DNA of 63,980 nucleotides, counting the filler, from Intoshia linei (lineage: Eukaryota > Animalia > Orthonectida), in the NCBI GenBank assembly GCA_001642005.1. It is 5 parts of 5 records of this genome, joined end to end, with 100 filler letters (N's around TTAATTAATTAA, not from the genome) between each part and the next. Parts side by side here need not be neighbours in the genome. Positions count along the whole stretch, not along the records: positions 1 to 28,845 come from LWCA01000400.1; 4 more parts are not named here. One strand, 5' to 3'. The position numbers and the translations under genes were made by a program. Position 1 is the first letter of the stretch; each line of letters opens with the position of its first letter. Shown here one piece after another: positions 11,701 to 24,900 of the stretch. The notes beneath the pieces are model-generated. The model was not told the origin of the DNA and did no database searches. It saw only the letters and a list, made by a program, of their open reading frames with translations.

Positions 11701-12433
11701 TCCTACTGTATATATAGTAAAGATGGAACCATGAAAGTTAAATGTAACATATTCTAAGAATTACTCTCTTTTATTTTAAACGTCCATTCTAAACATAAGT
11801 TAAAATATTAAATTGATAAAGTAATATTTTTAGCTATACTTAGAACATTTAGAAGTAGTTTGTTGAATGTGACCGGTAATTTAGAAATTTATAATGAACT
11901 CACCAAAAAAATTGGGTGAAATAGGGGAAGTTGAATTTTAAGTTGTAGAATACTGATTTATAAGATTTACTAGGTTTATTTGTATCGTCCATGGTTGGAG
12001 CATAATCTTTTTCACTTAAATATACAATATAAATAACACATTTTTTACACAATATGATAATAAATTTTCTACAAATAGGGCTGTTGAAAAAAAATATATG
12101 CTTTGATATGTATAAAAATATATGGTCCAATTAAAATTATCTATTAAAAAATTCTGTAAATAACTGAATTCAATTAATCCCATGTAAAGCATATATGTTG
12201 CGTAGAATGTGTCAAACTATGAAATTTACGCTGTAGATTACGTTCCAATATTGACAATCAACAACAATGCACATTGTTTCACCTTAATTCATTCTCAAGA
12301 AATCCATTTTTACATTATCTCATGACAAAAATCACCGAATCAAATGCCTAAAGAAAAAATCAAAATTTAAAGATATTTTTTCAAGAAATCAATTTTTACC
12401 CCATCTTATGAGAAAGAATCATTGAGTCTATAC

Positions 12434-12648
12434 CAGGTGCACAACCTGCGGCCGTGAGAGCGTTTATGTGCGGTCGTGGACATGTGTTCATAATGTAATA
12501 TATCAATTTACTTCAAATTGAAAAGTTTACCCCAGTTTATCAAATTTGATATAAGCTATCTCAATTTCAAAGTAAATTATGTGTGGCCGTAGTATCAATT
12601 AGTAAAGTAACTTTGCGGCATAATTGGTGAAAAGGTTTTGCACCCCTG
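12434..12648. mobile_element. hAT (Charlie/Buster-like) MITE, 215 bp
   Basis: CAGGTGCACAACC ... GGTTTTGCACCCCTG flanked by a perfect 8-bp TSD GTCTATAC (12426-12433 and 12649-12656). Confidence 0.9.
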
Positions 12649-12999
12649 GTCTATACAATTAGAAAATATAAATTTGTCGAACAGCCCTAATTTACCTGTA
12701 GTACATTTTAATTTTGGGTTATTTTCATATTGTAGTGGAAAACTTTCGTCATCACAATCGAAATATAAATCAAAAACATACAATTCCTAACATTATATAT
12801 AAAATATAATACAGTATGACTTGAGTATAAGGTATGCTAAAATTCAAAAATTATCATGTAGACATAATAAAATAAGATCAAATAGGGAACACCATGAAAT
12901 ATAAATTTTAATACTTCTTAATCATATAGTCAATGATTCAAGGTTTTTCTTTTTTTAAATTTGTATATATAATTTTTTTTAAATTACATATTTCATCAA

Positions 13000-13670
13000 T
13001 TTTTTAAGGAATGATTTCAGCAAAAAATTTTTCGATATTATGAATATGCATAATTGCCTCAGCGTGCGTAGTTCCACGTGTTGAGGATGTATAATTCTAT
13101 TTTTCAGAAGCAAAATTTTCATTAGTATTGGAATCAATCACTATACCTTCTTACTGTTACATTACATATACTTTGTTAATAACGTTATTTATTATAACAT
13201 CGTTTTGGTCCACATCATCAACATGAAGTATAGTAATTTTCATCCATATTTTTATTAAGATAACTGGATAAATTTATATAAATTTTGATAATTCAATTGA
13301 TTTTCTATAACATATTATTATAGTATTATCCTTAGCAGAATTCCATACTTCGGAAGCCATTAATATTCCATCAATTAATTCAATTTTTTTAATACAGGTT
13401 GCATAATCAATATCTGATTCTTCAGATAATTCGAATAGAAAATTCTTATTATCAGCAAGCCTTCATAATGCAATTTAAAAGAGTTAATAATATTAATTTT
13501 TATAATATTATTAAAATTACAATGTTCAGTAAAACATTGTTCACTATTAAAAAAATAGGGAACATCATAGTAATTTGTATCCAACTTATCAAATACACTG
13601 TTCATTGTTAATAAAATATCTGACATGTTCATTTCAGTTTCCCAAAGCCATTAAAAATCCATTTAAAAAA
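13000..13670 (-). pseudogene. Degenerate pogo/Tigger transposase C-terminal remnant
   Basis: IINSFKLHY, DGILMASEVWNSAKDNTIIICYRKS and THAEAIMHIHNIEKFF resemble the Tigger GII..FK..Y / DAI...AW..V...TI.NCF.K / EAL..L motifs. Confidence 0.65.
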
Positions 13671-15229
13671 TTTGCGTAACATTAATTACAATTTTTAAAT
13701 TATTTATTTTTGGGTTAATAATGATAAAGTTAATCTGGTAAATGGTTGATCTCATAAACTCAATGAGATTTAAAATTTTTGAAAGCTCTAGTTAGATTAC
13801 AAAATTATAGCTATAAAAAATACATTGTAAGTGTTTTTGTTGAAATTGAGAGTGAATTGCTTACTTGTAAGCGATTTTACGGAAATATATTTGTATTTGT
13901 CTCAAAAAATTAAAATTTTATTATTTTGTACATGTTTGTCGGTCAAATAGAAAATGAAACCGCTGGTTAGTACACCCTGTAGTGCACTATGATGTAAATA
14001 TAAAAATGTGTATTACAAACAATTTTTGATAATGGAAAAAGATTGTCTGACGTGTGATCAGGGCATTGTTCATCAGATATTGTCCTGATCTTAAATACAT
14101 TGATAATAGGAGCGATTTTTCTTTTCTAATAATTAAATCACATTTACTTAAACTAGTGAGCTTTCTGTTAAATGTTACTGTCATAACTATTTCATTGCAA
14201 GTATTTTTAATAACTGATATTGTCTTTATAAACTAAAATATTAAATACAATTATAAAAATGTAAATCCTTAGAATCTACAAATAAAGTGGATTTTTTGTT
14301 AACAAAATAATTTTTAATGTTCACTCTACAAAATATTCACTATATTAGATGTTAAATATATACATGTCTGACTGTATTTAACAAGGTTGATAAATTAATT
14401 CACAAACATTATTAAAATTAAAATAAATACATTTCAGAAAAACCAGATCAGCATACTGAATGACGGTGGGATATGGAAGATGACTTGGATTGGGTGTAAT
14501 GTCGTAAAACCGGTTTACTGATACAAAATATTCGAAAACCCGTTTTTTCGATAAATTTTTTAATAAACACAAAATTAATTAATGAATTAATATTTTAAAA
14601 CCATTATAATTATCGGTTACCCAATTAAGTAGAAATGATTGTACTTTTTTTGAAAGTGAGGAAGTAATAACTTACATGTTGAAAAAATTAATAATATACC
14701 ATTTCACTTTCGATATGATAATAATTGTCGTATTTTAAAACGGCCAAGTCATAACAAATTAAAATTCTAGTTTTATCATTCGAACATTAATTAAAAAAAT
14801 CAATCTTGCACAATGGATAAAAATCATAAAAAAAAATATTTCACTTCTAATTTCCAGGATATAATTATCACAAAACATTGAAGAAAGAATATGCCAATTT
14901 ATCTCCGTAATCGACGATGATTATTTGGATAATCCTTTGAATAATATTAGCACCACTGACCGAACAAATTTTTCCAAAATTAAAAAAAGCATGGTGCTCC
15001 AACTAAAAAAATATTTGATTTCGATCATCTATTATATGACAATGATCTCGATTAATAGTATAATAGTTTCCAAAGGTGATGCTACAAAAAAGTTTATGAT
15101 ATGGGCCGCCTAAAACATTTTCAAAATAATCCGGCCCGCCACGTACTTTAGTTTAGCATGGCTGATATACATGTATATATATGATATATATAAATGTACA
15201 TTGTATATTATACATCTAAGCCTTATTTT

Positions 15230-15810
15230 GATTGAAATTTTGTATTTATATCAACTGGAATGAGCTCTATCAGAATAATCCTTTTTTTAAATTATCGGAC
15301 CGTTAATTATTTCATATTTTAATAAAATATTTCAGAAAAAAAATATATAAATACTAAAATGCTTTTTTGACCGTGAAGTCGTCACTTATTCGGATTGAAA
15401 TTTTTAATATGTGTTAACAGGATACAACTCTATCACCTGTAAATTTTTTTAAATTGTAGGGCTGTTTTTATTAAAAAAAAAAAAGGGGGTAATTTGAGTT
15501 TTTGGCCATGCAAGTATAATTTTTTTAAATTTAAATTTATGATGATGTTTATGATTTTAAAATCCGCATCAGCGTATATATTTTTTTAAATTCTCCAACT
15601 CGTTTGATTTTCAAAAAAAAGGACAATTGGGGTTTTTGACCCATAAGGTGTGAGTTTAGGAGGTTGAAATTTATCTTATTATCACCCCGGAAAAAACTGT
15701 AATTGAAATGTGTATCTTTAAAAAATTTTAAAACGGGTAGTTATTTAAATAAAGCCTAACACACACAGACACACACACAAACAAAAATCGCGTCGCATTT
15801 TATATTTATA
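15230..15810 (-). mobile_element. Helitron-family fragment (5' half)
   Basis: Collinear, high similarity to 8580-9120; ends in an ACAC/ACAG microsatellite and an AT-rich 5' terminal region. Confidence 0.75.
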
Positions 15811-16058
15811 TATAATTAACAAAATTTAATAATAATCATCAAAATACACCTGTAATTGACTTGTTGATTGATTTGTATATTCGAATTCAAGGTAATAGAT
15901 GATCTGAACTTATGGACATCAGTGCATGGGCTATAATTTTAATTATTGTTTCACTTTGCATATAAGTTACATTATACGTTATCAATCATCATTGTCATTA
16001 AATTTTATTGTGGAACTTTTAAAAATTGAATAAATTTTCCATTTTACAAAACATACAG

Positions 16059-16493
16059 AAACCAAACAAGAAACCCACAGATTCTCCTGAAAAAAGTTTA
16101 TTACAAGAAGATTACGATTATTTCAATAATTTTAATTGAAGGAAGCAGAATCTTAACGACACTGACGAAACGGAACCAAGTCAATCAAAAATAGTAGAAG
16201 AAGCATTTACAAACGATGACGAATCGTCGACTGATGTAAGAGAAACATATTTCAGAAAACGTAAAGAAATTGTAGTATTAAATCCAAGCTACTGTCACAT
16301 GCGGAATAGAATTCCATCACAGGATATAATGAGGCCTGTGATAACAAGTGATATGATCAACAACTATAAGGTTAACAAAACTCTATATGCAAAAACTATC
16401 ATCCATAAAGGACCAAAAAAGAATAAAAATTTTATTGAAAGATGTTGTGATTTTATATGCCGGATATCTAATCGTCATGAAATCAATAACTAA
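16059..16493 (+). other. Possible small hypothetical gene or pseudogene
   Basis: About 140 codons of coding-like sequence (KPNKKPTDSPEK..TDETEPSQSK..ERCCDFICRIS) with one in-frame TGA at ~16137; no homology recognised. Confidence 0.3.
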
Positions 16494-18977
16494 ACGAAAG
16501 AATAATAGAATTTTATTATTAAATTATTAGTTTTACTGTTATTTATACGGGTATTATTCCTTCATTTTCACTTTAGTAGTTAATGTATTTTGATTGAGTT
16601 TTGTTGCGGTATATTTACATTTGTTTGTGTGTAACTATTTATTTATGGATATATGAGTGTCAAATTTAGATTTCTGGAATTTCCTGTCGTCCGTTTATCA
16701 TAGATTTCAACTGTTAAACTTTGATTCTTCCGATTAAAAATTTGAAAATATTTTATAAAGTTAACGATATTTAAATGAAATCACATATGTGTAATTTTAG
16801 ATATAATAGATAGTACAATTATAATAATTATCTATTAATAATATATTAAATATTACACTAGACAACACTAAAAAATACATCTGCATAAAAATAATACCAT
16901 CTTATGGATAATCTAGCGCTGATTTTAATGATATAATATATTTATAAGTTTTAGTTCATATAACCCATTTATTAACACTTTTAATGTTGAAAAAAAATAT
17001 AACAAAGTTTCACTTCAATGCTAAAATTGAACAATTATATTATTTAAAATAATGTTTACTTTAAAAAAGGTTAAATTTTTTAAGTTTGAATATTTATTTA
17101 TTAATTTAAAATGCATGTCTACGAAATAAACAAAACATATCATTGTTTTTGATGTGGTATATATAGTCTAAATCGTCAATAATGAATTTCGATGATAATG
17201 AACAAGTTTTGGTCAAAATTCATCCCTTTTATAGTAAATTTCTTATACATTCATTACCTATCGTGATTTATTGACTAAATGGAATGTTAACAGTTTTGAA
17301 ATATGTCACGTAATTACTTATTATTAGTCTATTGCAATTTTTTTTTTTTTCGCTGTGGACAATATTTTATTTAAAAAAATCTATGGACCTCCATTAATGA
17401 ACATTTTTCATATGCCCGGTTGGCTGGTGACATTTCATGTTAACAAATCAATGAATTTATTAGCATTTTTAATTAAATTTTTAAACCTTTATAAAATAAT
17501 TTTGTTAAGTATGGACTACGGTGTGAATCACTGGTCTATCGGATATAATATTTTTTAGAAATAAATTAATATGTCCTATTTTTTGTTTAAAGTTCTTTCT
17601 TTCGAATATAAGCAGAAACTGTTTATATTCAAATTTTATTTAGTTAAAAATTTCACTGAAAATTTGTATTTCAAGGGGTCTGCTTATAATCGAGAAAAGA
17701 CAGTAGGAACATTTAATAATATTGTTTACATCAGACGTTCTCAACCCTTTTTCGCTGTGGACCCTAAGATGATATTACAAAGTCATCTTCGTTGTGAAAA
17801 GGTTTTACAGATGTTATTTTTTTATTCATTGATAGAATATCACCTTTCCATTTCGTTAATTTATTTTTCGATATTTTCACATAAATAAGAAACAACTGCT
17901 AATCATTGATTAACGATTAACTCATAGAAATTATGTACATTCCATTTTTTATTTTTTAATTATTTCTTTCTTAGAAAAAAAGAATAAAATGTATCTTAGA
18001 TTTTAAAATCTTAGATAAAACTTGGATTATAGTGAAAAAAATTATATACCAAAATTAGAATTAAAATGGCCACATGAATTGAATATTCTCATACAATTCC
18101 ATCATCTAAAAACTATATCAACTTCATTCAAACAAAGATTACCTGTCGTCTGTATCAATGGTGAAACAATTTTATGTTGATCCTTATATTTAGCTGTGCA
18201 AGTCAATTTAAAAAATTTTAAATTAAAGTCTAGACTCCTTTATTATTATTATATTTTTATTCATAATTAACACACCAAAAAAACCCCTAAAAATTGAGTT
18301 GTGGTTATTGGGAAGAACCCTTGAATATAGTGTGAAGTAACTTATCGACAAGTCAATAAATGAAAATAAATTAAGACATAACTCCAATCAATGCTCATAA
18401 TTTTTATTAAAAATTAGTAAAATATGAACTGATTTAAAAGATAAAACAGCCATTAAACAAGTTTAATGAATTTTAATAAAAAATGGATAAATATATTTAA
18501 TTTATCCAATGTGTCGCAAGGTACAAAATAATAATAATAATAACAATATTTTTGATGATAATTTTAAATCGATCAAAACTATAATTACAAAATTTAAAAT
18601 TGAGTATTTAAATATTTTTAAACATTTTTAACGATAAGGCGGACTTAAACTATGCACCAACAATTGAAATGTAAAAATTGATGTCTGTCTCTGATATAAT
18701 ATACCTAAAATAAATGTGTTAATCTGCTAAATAATAACAACATATAATTGAACATTTGAATTAAACAGACATAGTTTGTATTAATTTGCACTGAAATGGC
18801 CGCTAAATGGCTACATTGCAATTGCGAGATTAGAAATCAGAGAATACCATTGATAATTTTATTGCACTTAGATAGGTACATAATTGACTAATTTTGGTAA
18901 ATCACGTTTTATTGTAAAGATATTTGCATTTACTAAACATCAAAGATATTTAAATTAAACTTTTTCATTTTATTTTA

Positions 18978-21900
18978 ATGGATTTATCTAATAAAATTGC
19001 AAAAAAAATGGAAAATTCGTGTTTAAATGAATCAAGACAAATATTAAATAAAATTAAAAATATTATTTCACCTTTAAAAAAACCCAAAATTGATTCAAAA
19101 AAGAGGAGTTATAATTATGATGATAATGAACTGATTACAGATGATTCTTCTGATCGACCTCACAGCCCTGACGACAAGAGAAAAAGTTTGAGTAATTTTT
19201 ATATTATGGCAGTTATATTCAACGCATTATCGCTGAAGACACGATTTTTATATAATACTTGTAGATTTACTGGTTAGAAATCACTGTTGATGATTAAATT
19301 TTCAAAATTATGTAGAATTATTCTATCTATTTTAATAGTATATCATAAATATTTATATTTAATTACAAATCATTAATTTGATAAATATTTTTTTATCAAT
19401 CCTTAAGACGTGCAAACTTCATCATTTACTGTTTAATCGGTCGCATGCTCCATTCATGATTATTATTGTTATTCAAATTTCTCACGCTTTATCGTTTTAC
19501 AATTAAGCGGCACATGTTTAACCCAGATTATTTATGGTAATTGTTAGCACACGCATTCAAATATTTTAAGGTTAATTTTAAATTACATTTTAATGTAATT
19601 ATATTCTCAAATAAACATTAAAGAAATACCTCACAGTTTATTATTAAATTAAAAGTATGATTTTATAACGTTTAAATTATAATTAATGTAAACACAAAAT
19701 AGCATAATATAATTAAAATTAACTTTCAAATATTATAATGAAAATGATGCATCAAATTGACAGTGAACATTATTTTGGTTACAAAACGTTAAAGCTAATT
19801 AATCCTAAATTTTGATCATGTTTTTTCATAATCAGATAATTTATTGGTTATAGTAGAGAGGTGAGAAATGCAGAGTTTTGGATCATAAGTTAAAACAAGA
19901 TTTTTGCAAAAATTTTCATTTTGATGAAATTTAACCATTTATTGTTTAATCACCATCAAAGTGTCCTGGATTCAAATTCTTTTTTAAAAAAATGAAAATA
20001 CATTTATAGTAGTCCTAGAATTTTTAAAAAAATAATACCGATACAGTTATATATACAAACACAAAAAATTTAAATTTGACAAAATTACGCCTTTTCGGTC
20101 AAAACACATTTTAGTATTTATTTTTTTTATTTGGAAACTATTTTATGAAAACAAAAAATTTGAAATAGTTATAGAATATGTCCTAGAATTCAAAAAAGAG
20201 ATTATTCTAATACAGCTTATTCCAGTTGATATAAATAAAAAATTTCAACCCTAGAAATCTACTAATTCCTTGTGTAAAATATCTTTGGTCCGAATTTCAG
20301 TTTAAATTTTATCCATAAAACAATTATGATATTAAAAAAATATATATTTTTTTTAATCTGGAATTTGGAAAAATGATTCGCCCTTTTCCACAACTTTTCT
20401 CGAGGCCCCGAAACTGACTTGGTAAAGTAGTTTCGGCTCTGGAATGGGATATTTAAAAATTTGGGTGTTTCATTTATAAATTATGGTCCAGTTTATTCGT
20501 TTCGTATAATACACCGAACAAAAAATAAAATAAAAGAAAAGGGGCTAGAAATTGCTAGTCTTTTGAATTTGAACGATTTTAAAGCGCCTACTGGTTGTTT
20601 AAATTCTTTTTTTAACCTGAAATTCCATTAAATAAAAAAAAATTGTAGGAGAAATTATTTTCTGAAGCTGTAGCATTCATAACCACTTAATACATAAAAT
20701 AAAGTTATACTTTAAATTTATCCTAACATTTTTGTATGAATGTCAATAATTACATTAAAAGGGGGTAAATATTAACCGATTTCATTTTTCAGGGTGATAA
20801 ATGTTTAAAATCAAAAAAGCATCCACATTCAAAATGGGTTTTTATAATAAAAAAAAAGTGGACACCCTATTATACATACATGTATTCAGAATTAAGTTAA
20901 TTATTAGCGTATAATACAAATATATTTGTTTATTGCAATTGTATCCATATTACAAAAATATGTTCAATTATTAAATCTTTAATTAAAAAAAAGTACGTTA
21001 TAAAAATCAGTCCAACTTTTTTGTGTCTATATGAGCTTATGGTTCTCAAAATAAAATAAGACATTCGCAGATCGTTATCAACAAAATTGTTTTTGGGGTA
21101 ATTTCCGCCAAAATTTTTTGAAATAGTGGTTATATGTACGAAAATACTGTTTAATGGATTTTTGATAAAATCTTGATAATATTAAAATTCATATTGCATA
21201 TATGAAATTATACATTATTAATTAAAATTTTAATAAAAAAGTTTTGTAAAATAATATTTACGCCTAGTTATTTCGGTAACTACGCATTAAAAATATCTAT
21301 AATTTTGAAATAATATATTTATTACACCCATATTCACTTTATGACGAAAATTAGTTAGATTGTCGTCAATAAGTTTAAAAATGTTGTTCTGTTGTATTTT
21401 TTTAAGAGCCACTGCTACAGAGAAGCTTTCTAAATTTTTTTTCATGATGTGGGCCTTTCCAAATTATTTTATTTGTGAATGGCATCCTACAGTAAATTTT
21501 ATTTAAATGATTATAAATAAATAGGATATCTATATTATGAATTCACAGATTATTTTTCGCTGAGAACCAGTTGGGAAGAACTGCAATGTTTAATACTAAT
21601 TTAATTTGCAATTATTTTTCTGTATTTTACTTAAAAGTGATGAAAAAAACGTATTTAAAATCTAAAATTTTCAGCTACATCAAAATATTAATTTAGACTT
21701 GAACTCCGGGTCCACTTGAACCACGTGACAGTAATATTTAAACAAAAATGTTGGTATTTAATAAGAACGGGAGTAATTGATAAATTATATATATCATCGG
21801 ATTCAGAGCCGTTTTAAGACACTTCGTGGTCTGGGCTAAGCAAAGGGCCGGAGGCCCTTTAAAGTTTTGAGCGAAGCGATAAAAAAATTTTAGGGTACCT

Positions 21901-24900
21901 TTTTAGAAGCCTCTTTTTTGAAAATTAATAAGAGAAAATCAAAGATTTCCTATTTTTTTTTTTAAATATTCACTTAATAGAAAGGTTTTAATCTTTAATA
22001 TTATCATTTGAAACAGTTGTTATGTCAATATTATATGATGAACATTGTAGAATATATTTTAAATTGAATATTTATTAGAACTTTCAATTTTTAAATTATT
22101 TTAATTCCCACACTTTAAAACTTATAAACTGTTAAGTAAAATACAAATGTGAAGTATTTTTTAATAAATTTAAGTTTTTTTTTTTAAGATATAAGTGTAA
22201 AGTACTTTTATTAATTTGGGGGCCTTTTTTAAGAGTGGCCCTGGGTCTACAGCCCATATTATCCATGCCTTAAAATGGCTCTGATCTTATTACAATAATA
22301 ATAGAGAAAAAAGTGATACTTTTTTACCCTTTTCTTCCTTTTTTTATCTTTAACGTGATAATTCTAATGAACGTATATAGCTTTAGTTAATGATAAACTG
22401 TATGGGATACTGTTTACTAAAAGTAATAAATATGTTTAATACACATATGAATGTTAAGAAGAGTAACATTATATAAATGTTTTGTATAGTTGTAATTAAC
22501 TGATTATTATGATGGATTAATGATCAGAGTTATTAAATATTATGTTTTAATTGTACGAAATAATTATATATTACACGTTTTCTATTCAACTATATTCTTT
22601 AATGTTACGTGTACTCGATACATATTGTATTTTAAAATTTTATTACCATTTGTACATTTGTACTGTTACAATTATCATTAATAAATTCATTTATTTTAAA
22701 TACGAGTATTATTTATGGTTAACATAATAGTTGCACGTATATAAGTTTATATATTAATACATGGATTGAAATGGGTAATTTTAATAATTGATTAATATTA
22801 TGGTTGACTAAAATTCGATTAAAAAAAATTTTCCTTACATCGCGAGTACACTCAAAAAATATAATAAATTAAATTCTTTAATTCTTTAAGAGTTGAATGA
22901 GGACATACTTTTTTTCTGGTTTTGAAATCACTATTTGATGGATTTCCATAATTTTCAATGAAAGAAGTATTTTTGTATATAATCTGTTCTATCTCAATTA
23001 TTTTTTTTTAATTTCGTAAATAATAATTTTTTATTTGACGCTTTATCTTCAACATTAAATTTTTTATTTTGTATGCAAATTGTAAAAAAACACCGAGAAA
23101 ATTAAGTTAAATTCAAAGAATGGTAGAGAATAGAATTGTCTCAAAAAAACTGTTCGTTTTTCGTTGGACTGATTTTTTGAATTGTCGCATCAATAGTTCC
23201 AATACTACAATTACGAGATACACCATGCGTAGTTTCATTATTCATGTGATTCAGAGCCGAACCTATCCATCTCGAGGACGCCCGAAAATAAAAAATAGTC
23301 CATAAAAGATTATAAACTACACGTAATTCATATAGCATTTAGTTCCCTCACTAGAGCTCTTGACTTGACATTTTGAATTTATGTTCATTAAAATTTCAAC
23401 ACAAAATAGTTGAGATATTTAATAATATAATTTTTTCAATGTCCCAGTTGGGAAACTGAGGCCTCCATTTAAAAAAAATTTATTTGAGACGAATGGCATA
23501 ACAAAAAGGGGGCAAGGGTAACAGTAGATTCGGCACTACGTGTGATGATTTAATTTGTTTAACAATATAATGAATAAACATAATAAATATATGATTTTAT
23601 CTTTAATAATATGGCCAAAATTCAGTTAAGCAATATAATCATTGATTTTTTCACCAAATTTTTAAAAATTTTGAAGATAATTTTGGTGCCAAAATTTGGT
23701 AGGGTTTTTAAGGGAACATTTTTTTAAATATTTTGAAAATAATTTTTCGACCAAAATTTGGGGAAAAAAATATTTCTGTAAAAACCCTTTAAAATTTTTG
23801 ACGAAAAATTTTCATAAAAATATTTAAAAATTAGGTAAAAAAAATCCCATAAAAACCCAACCAAATTTTAGACACAAAATTATTTTCAAATTTTTTTAAA
23901 ATTGGGTGAAAAAATTTTTCGAAAAAATCAATAATATTATAAATTAGTAAAATCGATGATGTATCGCTCAAATGAATGTCGCTTTAGACCAGTGTTTCTC
24001 AACCTGTTTTTCGCCGTGGACCATATTTTATTCTAAAAATTTCTATAGACTACCATTATATATTAACGAATAAACCTATTTTAATTTCAATAGTTATATA
24101 TTTGTATTAAAACGAGGATTAAAAAAATATAAATTGAGGAAAAAACAAAACTAAATTTATATTTATACAAAAAATTATTTTTTTCAATGCCTTATTTGTT
24201 CTTGGTATTTCTTACAGTGTAATTAATACAAAATATTGATTCAATTGCAATATTATTGTACATTGGTTATCCAGTTGATTCTTTTTTTTTATAAAAATGT
24301 CAATTGATAATTTATATTTATTAAAAGTATAATTACAGAAAATATGGCTTAAACCAACATCATTGTTGGAAATGATATCATTGAAGATTTGTCAATTTAA
24401 AAAATTTGTGGATTCAACGCAGTACCGAGCCCCCCTTCGTTGGAGTATCGAAGACATTTTTATATTGTGAAGGCCTGATTTTTCCAACTTGAGTATTAAA
24501 AATATAACCAGCATTTCCCAAATGCCGGTCCGCCGTTAAAAAAGTGTGAGATCCCCTGATATGACAGTTTAATAGCGATAATAAAAATTTCTAATGGATA
24601 TATTTTAAATAATATCTTGAAGCTCTGTGAGGACCACCAAAAAGTTTCTGTGGTCCACATGGACCACGTTGAGAATCACTACTCAAGACTATAGAGAATG
24701 GACGTAAAATTTTATAAATATTTGATTTTACTTTGAGAATTATAGTTCATAATGATGATAAAAGTATTTGATCGGTTGGTCAACAAATCTAATATACCAA
24801 AAAATTATCGATATTTACATTTCAGAGATTTAAAGGGTTACAAATTAACAATTATTGATAATATTCCACGGTTAATTAAACAAAATTTTCAATTATAAAA

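Larger units (their letters stand above)
11900..14572 (-). other. Possible degraded multi-exon gene of unknown product
   Basis: Coding-like minus-strand blocks at ~14570-14440 (RVFEYFVSV..), ~14125-14010, ~12785-12695, ~12345-12180 and ~12010-11900, some with GT/AG-like edges. No clean in-frame model could be built. Confidence 0.3.
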
